Assembly: GCA_902608845.1 (NCBI GenBank)
Contig: CACLPR010000001.1
Coordinates: 19,375 to 83,374, forward strand
Source of the DNA: an uncultured Pelagibacteraceae bacterium
Lineage (GTDB): Bacteria; Pseudomonadota; Alphaproteobacteria; Pelagibacterales; Pelagibacteraceae
DNA length: 64,000 bases
Reading direction: 5' to 3'
This document shows, one piece after another, positions 58,800 to 64,000 of this stretch. Made by a program: the position numbers and the translations under genes. Each line of letters begins with the position of its first letter. Positions within the stretch are counted from its first letter, which is position 1. Under the pieces are notes generated by a model, which was given only the letters and a program-made list of their open reading frames with translations, was not told the DNA's origin and did not search any database.

Positions 58800-59948
58800 A
58801 TGAATAAATTAATATTTCGTAAATTTTCTCTCGATATTCTTAATTTCTTTTTAATAGCGTCTTTTAGTATTACTTTTATCGTATGGATTATTCAGGCTGT
58901 CAATCTTTTAGACCTAGTTTCTGATGATGGACATAGTTTAAAAATTTATTTTTACTATGTTTCGCTAAATTTACCAAAGATATTTAGTAAAATTATAGTT
59001 TTTGTATTTTTCATTTCAATTTTTTATGTGATTAATAAATACAATAACTCCAATGAATTGCTTGTTTTCTGGAATAATGGAATTCAAAAAATCAAGTTTA
59101 TAAATTTTATATTAATGTTTTCATTATTATTCTTAATTATACAGTTAGCTTTAAATTTATTTATTGTTCCGAAATCCCAAAACTTAGCGAGACTTTATAT
59201 AAAAGAGTCTAATATAGATTTTTTACCTAAATTAATCTCAGAAAAAAAATTTATAAATGTTATGAAAAATCTTACGATATTTGTAGAAGAATACAAAAAG
59301 GATGGAAAACTTAATAAGGTTTATATCAATGAAAATATAGACACTAGTAAATCAAAAATCATTGTTGCAGAAAATGGTAGAATTATAAAAAAAGACAATA
59401 AATATATTTTAAGATTATTTAATGGCGGAATAACAAATATTAATAAAGACAACACTTTCACTTTAAACTTTTCTGAAACTGACTATGATTTGTCAGAATT
59501 TTCAACAAAAACAACTACGCACACTAAAGTTCAAGAATTAGATTCAGTACAAATATTTTTATGTCTTAAAGAAATTTTTCAAAATAAAAAATTTAATAAA
59601 GATGAAATAATAAATAAACCAGAGAGTGAGACATGTAATGGCAGAACTGTTAAGTCCTTGAGCGAGGAATTATATAAAAGATCTGTGCTACCATTTTATA
59701 CTCTTATAATTTCTCTTATAGCTGCAAGTTTAGTTATTGAGCCAAGATCAAAATATTTTATGAAGTTTCAAAAGCTAAATCTCTTTTTAATAGGAATTTC
59801 TGTAATAATTATATCACAGCTTAGTTTAAAATTTTTTTTAAATTCTATTAATATTTTGTATTTAATATTATTTTTACCAATAATATTAGTAATCTTATAT
59901 TATATTTTACTGCTTATTTTTACTAAATTTAAATTAAATTATCTATGA
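58800..59948 (+). CDS. lptF: LPS export permease LptF
   Basis: YjgP/YjgQ topology (3 TM, periplasmic domain, 3 TM), NEL...G; divergent from pepA. Confidence 0.85.
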   Translation: MNKLIFRKFSLDILNFFLIASFSITFIVWIIQAVNLLDLVSDDGHSLKIYFYYVSLNLPKIFSKIIVFVFFISIFYVINKYNNSNELLVFWNNGIQKIKFINFILMFSLLFLIIQLALNLFIVPKSQNLARLYIKESNIDFLPKLISEKKFINVMKNLTIFVEEYKKDGKLNKVYINENIDTSKSKIIVAENGRIIKKDNKYILRLFNGGITNINKDNTFTLNFSETDYDLSEFSTKTTTHTKVQELDSVQIFLCLKEIFQNKKFNKDEIINKPESETCNGRTVKSLSEELYKRSVLPFYTLIISLIAASLVIEPRSKYFMKFQKLNLFLIGISVIIISQLSLKFFLNSINILYLILFLPIILVILYYILLLIFTKFKLNYL

Positions 59949-61033
59949 TGTTAAAACGTTATGAAAAATATTTGTCGAAACTTTTCTTAAAAAATATTTT
60001 AATAATTCTTATAGTATTTGTTTTCTTAAGTTTTTTTCTTAACATTTTCGAAGAAATTAAATATTTTGAGGATAAAGAAAATGAGCTTTATTATCCAATA
60101 ATTTTAACTATATTGAACATACCCTCGATTATCTTTGAAATTCTCCCTTTTATATTTTTATTAGGTGTGATGTTCTTTTTTATTAATCTTTATGAAAATG
60201 AGGAAATTGAATTACTTCGAAGTAATGGTGTAAATAATTTCAAAATTACTTTTATAATTTCGATAGTTTCTTTGATCGTTGGAATATTACTGATTGTTGT
60301 TTACTATTCATTTTCTGCAAATTTAAAAAGTTTATACTTGAGTATGAAATATAAATACTCAAATGATGGAGGTCATTTAGCAGTTGTAAATGAGGATGGT
60401 TTGTGGATTAAGGAAAAAAATGACAGTGGTACCAAAATTTTTATCATAAACGCTAAAACTTATAAATTAAATAATTTAGAAAATGTTGAAATAATTGAGT
60501 TAGATAAGAATTATAAATTAACAAATACTATTATCTCAGAAAAAGCAAATATAATCAGAAAAAATTGGATACTTACTAATGTAAAGATTTACTCAAAAGA
60601 AAAAAAAAGTATAACATTAGAAAATTATAATTATACATCCAATTTTAATGGAAAAATAATATCTAATTTATTCTCAAATTTAGATTCATTAAATATTTTG
60701 CAACTAAATAAACTAAAAAGAAACTATGAGGCTATTGGATATTCTGCAACGGAAGTTAGACTTCAAATTAATAAAATATATAGTATACCATTTTATCTTA
60801 CACTCACTACAATAATAGGTGCTTTATTAATGTTTAAACTAAATTTCGTTAAATCAAAATTCTTTTTAATCGTAATAGGAGTGTTAGTTTCAGTTATTTT
60901 TTACTATATAAATTTTTTTTCAATTTTATTTGGAAAAAATGAAACACTGCCAGTAGAGGCTTCGGTATGGTTACCTCAAATACTAATTTTTTTAATATGC
61001 TCTTTAGGACTAACTAGACTCAATGAAAAATAA
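59945..61033 (+). CDS. lptG: LPS export permease LptG
   Basis: Same family, EI..LRS.G and GLWIKE; follows lptF. Confidence 0.85.
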   Translation: MMLKRYEKYLSKLFLKNILIILIVFVFLSFFLNIFEEIKYFEDKENELYYPIILTILNIPSIIFEILPFIFLLGVMFFFINLYENEEIELLRSNGVNNFKITFIISIVSLIVGILLIVVYYSFSANLKSLYLSMKYKYSNDGGHLAVVNEDGLWIKEKNDSGTKIFIINAKTYKLNNLENVEIIELDKNYKLTNTIISEKANIIRKNWILTNVKIYSKEKKSITLENYNYTSNFNGKIISNLFSNLDSLNILQLNKLKRNYEAIGYSATEVRLQINKIYSIPFYLTLTTIIGALLMFKLNFVKSKFFLIVIGVLVSVIFYYINFFSILFGKNETLPVEASVWLPQILIFLICSLGLTRLNEK

Positions 61034-63419
61034 ACTTTTTATTAATTTTATAACATTTGTTCTGATATGTTTGGGTTCAAATTTAAAAGCAGAAACTATT
61101 TTCTTCGACTCAAAGAATATAAAAATCGAAGAAAATGGAAATATGATATTTGCAACAAAAGGGCAAGCAAAAATACCATCAAGTAATTTAGTCATAGAAG
61201 GTGATAAATTTATTTATAATAAAATAGATTCTGAACTACTAGTTTTAGATGATGTTAAATACTTTGATGATGAAAATAATATATATATTGAAAGTGATAA
61301 AATAATTTATAATGAAATAAATAATACAATTTTCTCAAAAAGCGATACTTTTATTAAAAGTGAAGCTGATTATGAGATTAATTCAAACGATGTCTTGTAT
61401 GACAGAAATTTAAATAAAATATTAAGCAATGAATATACAAACGTTAGTGATAAAAATTTAAACAGTTTTATATTTAAAAGAGGATTAATTTTTGAACTTG
61501 TTCCTGAAATTATTTTTTCTAATGAGGTAATCGTAACAGATAAAAATCTCAATAAATATTTTTTTAAAGAGTCAAAAATTAACTTAAAAAGTAACGAAAT
61601 TATTGGTAAAGAAGTATTAGTAGAATTTGAGGACTCCTTTTTTGGTAATAGTGAAAATGACCCAATATTAAAAGGGAAAAGTGTAACTTCTGGTAATGAA
61701 AGCACAAAGATTTATAAAACAGCTTTTAGCACATGTAATAATGAAAATAAAAATTGTAGAGGTTGGGAGTTGCAAAGTAAATTATTTACACACAATAAGG
61801 TTAAAAAGTTATTTGAGTATGAAAAATCTTGGCTTAAAGTTTTTGATAAAAAAATTTTTTATATGCCATATTTTAATCATCCTGATCCCTCGGTTAAAAG
61901 AAAATCTGGATTTCTGAATCCTTTTTATAAAGGGTCAAATAATTTGGGATCATCAATAACTATTCCATATTTTTTTAACTTATCAAACTCCAAAGATCTA
62001 ACATTTAAGCCAAGAATTTATATGGATAATGATGTTATTATTCATACTGAATATAGGGAAGCTTTTAAAAGCTCAGATTTAAAAACAGATTTTAGTCTAA
62101 ATAGAAGTAATAATAATACAAGTTCACATTTTTTTGCAGATTTAAATGGTAAGTTTGATGACAAGACAAATTATGAACTTAAAGTCCAAAATGTTACAAA
62201 TGATAATTATTTAAAAATACATGATATAAAAAGTTACACATCAATTATTGATAGTGATAGTTTGTTAGCTTCTCAATTCAGAATTAATAAAGAATTTGAC
62301 AAGAATACAAATATTACCAGTACTGTAAGACTTTATGAAGATTTGTCAAAAGAGGACAGTGACAAGTATCAATATATATTTCCAGATTTCAATTTTAAAA
62401 AAAATATTGATTTAGATGAAAATTATAATGGTCAATTTAAGTTCTTGTCATCAGGTTTTCAAAAAGTTTATAATACTAACATTCACGAAACTCAGATTAA
62501 TAATGACTTTAATTTTGAATCCTATGATTTTTTCTCATTAAATGGACTTGTTACTGATTATAGTTTTTTATTAAAAAATTTTAATACTTATTCAAAAAAC
62601 TCAACTGTATACGAAAGTAAAAATGATCATGAAATTTTTGGAACATTTTTGCTTAAAACAGAGTTTCCACTAAAAAAAAAAATAACAAAAGGAAATAATT
62701 TCTTAAAACCAGTTGCTCAACTAAGGTTTAGCCCAACTAATGGAAAAAATATTTCATCAACAGGATCAAAAATGGATTATAGTAATATTTTTTCTCCAAA
62801 CAGAATAGGTAGGAGCGATATGGTTGAGAAAGGTAAATCTATTACTTTAGGTTTAGAATTTGAAAAACAAAATCTTAGTAATGAAAAGATTCTTGGTTTA
62901 AATATTGGTAATATATTTAAAGATAAGAAAAATGAGGCTTTGCCAAACGTGTCAAAGCTTGATCAAACAAGATCTGATATTGTTGGAGATATATTTTACA
63001 AATTTGATGATAAATTTGAGCTAAATTACAATTTTTCTTATGATAGAGACTTAGACTTTTCAAACTATGACGCAATAACTGCTAAATTTGGTGTTAACAA
63101 AGTGGTTACAACGTTTGATTATATTACAGAAAATCATGAACTTGGGAATTCAGAAATACTAAATAATGATACTCAAATAGAATTTAATAAAGAACATTCA
63201 CTTAAATTTGGTACTACAAAAGATCTAAAAGACGACTTTACACAGTTCTATAAACTTGCTTACAAATATGAAACAGATTGTTTATCAGCTTCATTTGAAT
63301 ACGAAAAAAAGTTTTTTAGAGATGGTAGCTTGGTTCCAGATGAAAGTTTATTTTTTTTAATACGATTTATACCTTTTGCAGACATAAGGGGATCAGCAAA
63401 TACTATTTTTGATAATTAA
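61023..63419 (+). CDS. lptD: LPS assembly protein LptD
   Basis: FSTC, PYF.HPDP.VKRKSGFL.P and Y..DC; lptFG-lptD-surA synteny. Confidence 0.88.
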   Translation: MKNKLFINFITFVLICLGSNLKAETIFFDSKNIKIEENGNMIFATKGQAKIPSSNLVIEGDKFIYNKIDSELLVLDDVKYFDDENNIYIESDKIIYNEINNTIFSKSDTFIKSEADYEINSNDVLYDRNLNKILSNEYTNVSDKNLNSFIFKRGLIFELVPEIIFSNEVIVTDKNLNKYFFKESKINLKSNEIIGKEVLVEFEDSFFGNSENDPILKGKSVTSGNESTKIYKTAFSTCNNENKNCRGWELQSKLFTHNKVKKLFEYEKSWLKVFDKKIFYMPYFNHPDPSVKRKSGFLNPFYKGSNNLGSSITIPYFFNLSNSKDLTFKPRIYMDNDVIIHTEYREAFKSSDLKTDFSLNRSNNNTSSHFFADLNGKFDDKTNYELKVQNVTNDNYLKIHDIKSYTSIIDSDSLLASQFRINKEFDKNTNITSTVRLYEDLSKEDSDKYQYIFPDFNFKKNIDLDENYNGQFKFLSSGFQKVYNTNIHETQINNDFNFESYDFFSLNGLVTDYSFLLKNFNTYSKNSTVYESKNDHEIFGTFLLKTEFPLKKKITKGNNFLKPVAQLRFSPTNGKNISSTGSKMDYSNIFSPNRIGRSDMVEKGKSITLGLEFEKQNLSNEKILGLNIGNIFKDKKNEALPNVSKLDQTRSDIVGDIFYKFDDKFELNYNFSYDRDLDFSNYDAITAKFGVNKVVTTFDYITENHELGNSEILNNDTQIEFNKEHSLKFGTTKDLKDDFTQFYKLAYKYETDCLSASFEYEKKFFRDGSLVPDESLFFLIRFIPFADIRGSANTIFDN

Positions 63420-64000
63420 TGAGTAAAATTAAATTAATATTTTTTTTAATTTTTACTTTAACATTTGTTCAGTTCTCATATGGAGATTCAATAGAAATAA
63501 AAGTTAAAATAAATGATGAAATAATCACTAACTTAGATATTGAAAATGAAAAAAAATATCTTTTATATTTAAATCCAAAACTGATAGAATTAGAAAAATC
63601 TAAGATAGAAGATTTAGCTAGGAACTCCTTAATAGCTGAAATTATAAAAAAAATCGAATTAAAGAAATTTTTTGATTTTACTAACAATAACCAGTTGGTA
63701 GACAAAATAGAAAAACAGTTAATCAATAAGAGAAATATAAGTAGTGTAGAAGACTTTAAAAAAATTTTGAAAGATAAAGACTTAAATTATTTTACAGTAA
63801 AAGAAAAATTATTAATAGAAACTTTATGGAATAAATTAATATATGATAAATATAAGGATAATGTAGTAATCAATAAAGAAAAATTAAGAGAAAATATAAT
63901 TATCAAATTTAATAATAACAAAAAAAAATTTTCTTATAACCTATCAGAAATAGTTTTATCAAAAAATGTCGGCGTATCCTTTGAGAAAAAATTAGTAGAA
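63419..64000 (+). CDS. surA: SurA-like periplasmic chaperone (partial, runs off window)
   Basis: TAATG overlap with lptD; MSKIKLIFF signal, KINDEIITNLDI, open to the window end. Confidence 0.75.
   Translation, partial: MSKIKLIFFLIFTLTFVQFSYGDSIEIKVKINDEIITNLDIENEKKYLLYLNPKLIELEKSKIEDLARNSLIAEIIKKIELKKFFDFTNNNQLVDKIEKQLINKRNISSVEDFKKILKDKDLNYFTVKEKLLIETLWNKLIYDKYKDNVVINKEKLRENIIIKFNNNKKKFSYNLSEIVLSKNVGVSFEKKLVE

Noticed and set aside
250-63726. Many short ORFs overlapping annotated genes, mostly antisense (e.g. 3767-4138, 17745-18266, 52346-52765, 63469-63726)
   Set aside because: They lie within well-supported genes and have no motifs; most are shadow frames of coding sequence
1-64000. CRISPR array, tRNA/rRNA, IS, integrase or prophage
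   Set aside because: No repeat-spacer pattern, no intergenic space with such structure, and no transposase, integrase or phage ORFs seen

Overview
Very AT-rich, extremely compact alphaproteobacterial DNA with abutting or overlapping genes and tiny intergenic spacers. Gene content and style fit Pelagibacterales (SAR11). Positions ~60-26230 are a regulator-free sugar, sugar-acid and cyclitol catabolic cluster. It contains a TctCBA transporter, a PdxA-family decarboxylase next to an L-lyxonate dehydratase-like enolase, an LRA5-like SDR, ROK and PfkB kinases, a sugar ABC transporter, iolD/iolE/iolG without iolB/iolC, an aldehyde dehydrogenase with an HpcH aldolase, a PanB-like protein lacking its metal ligands, a homolog of animal C11orf54 (DUF1907), a PanE-like reductase and two Fe/2OG dioxygenases. 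The best candidate for an undescribed system is a route for scavenging vitamin C (ascorbate) breakdown products (2-carboxy-L-lyxonate, L-lyxonate, keto-L-gulonates) that may end in pyruvate plus glycolate. Positions ~26243-64000 are core genome: glnA, suf, anmK, tyrS, frameshifted prfB, mrcA, rne, thiGS, aroQ, accBC, an orphan NrdJ C-terminal domain, aspS, purMN, ndk, pepA, lptFGD and partial surA. I saw no tRNA, rRNA, CRISPR or mobile element. All family assignments come from motif recognition and recalled sequences, not from searches.
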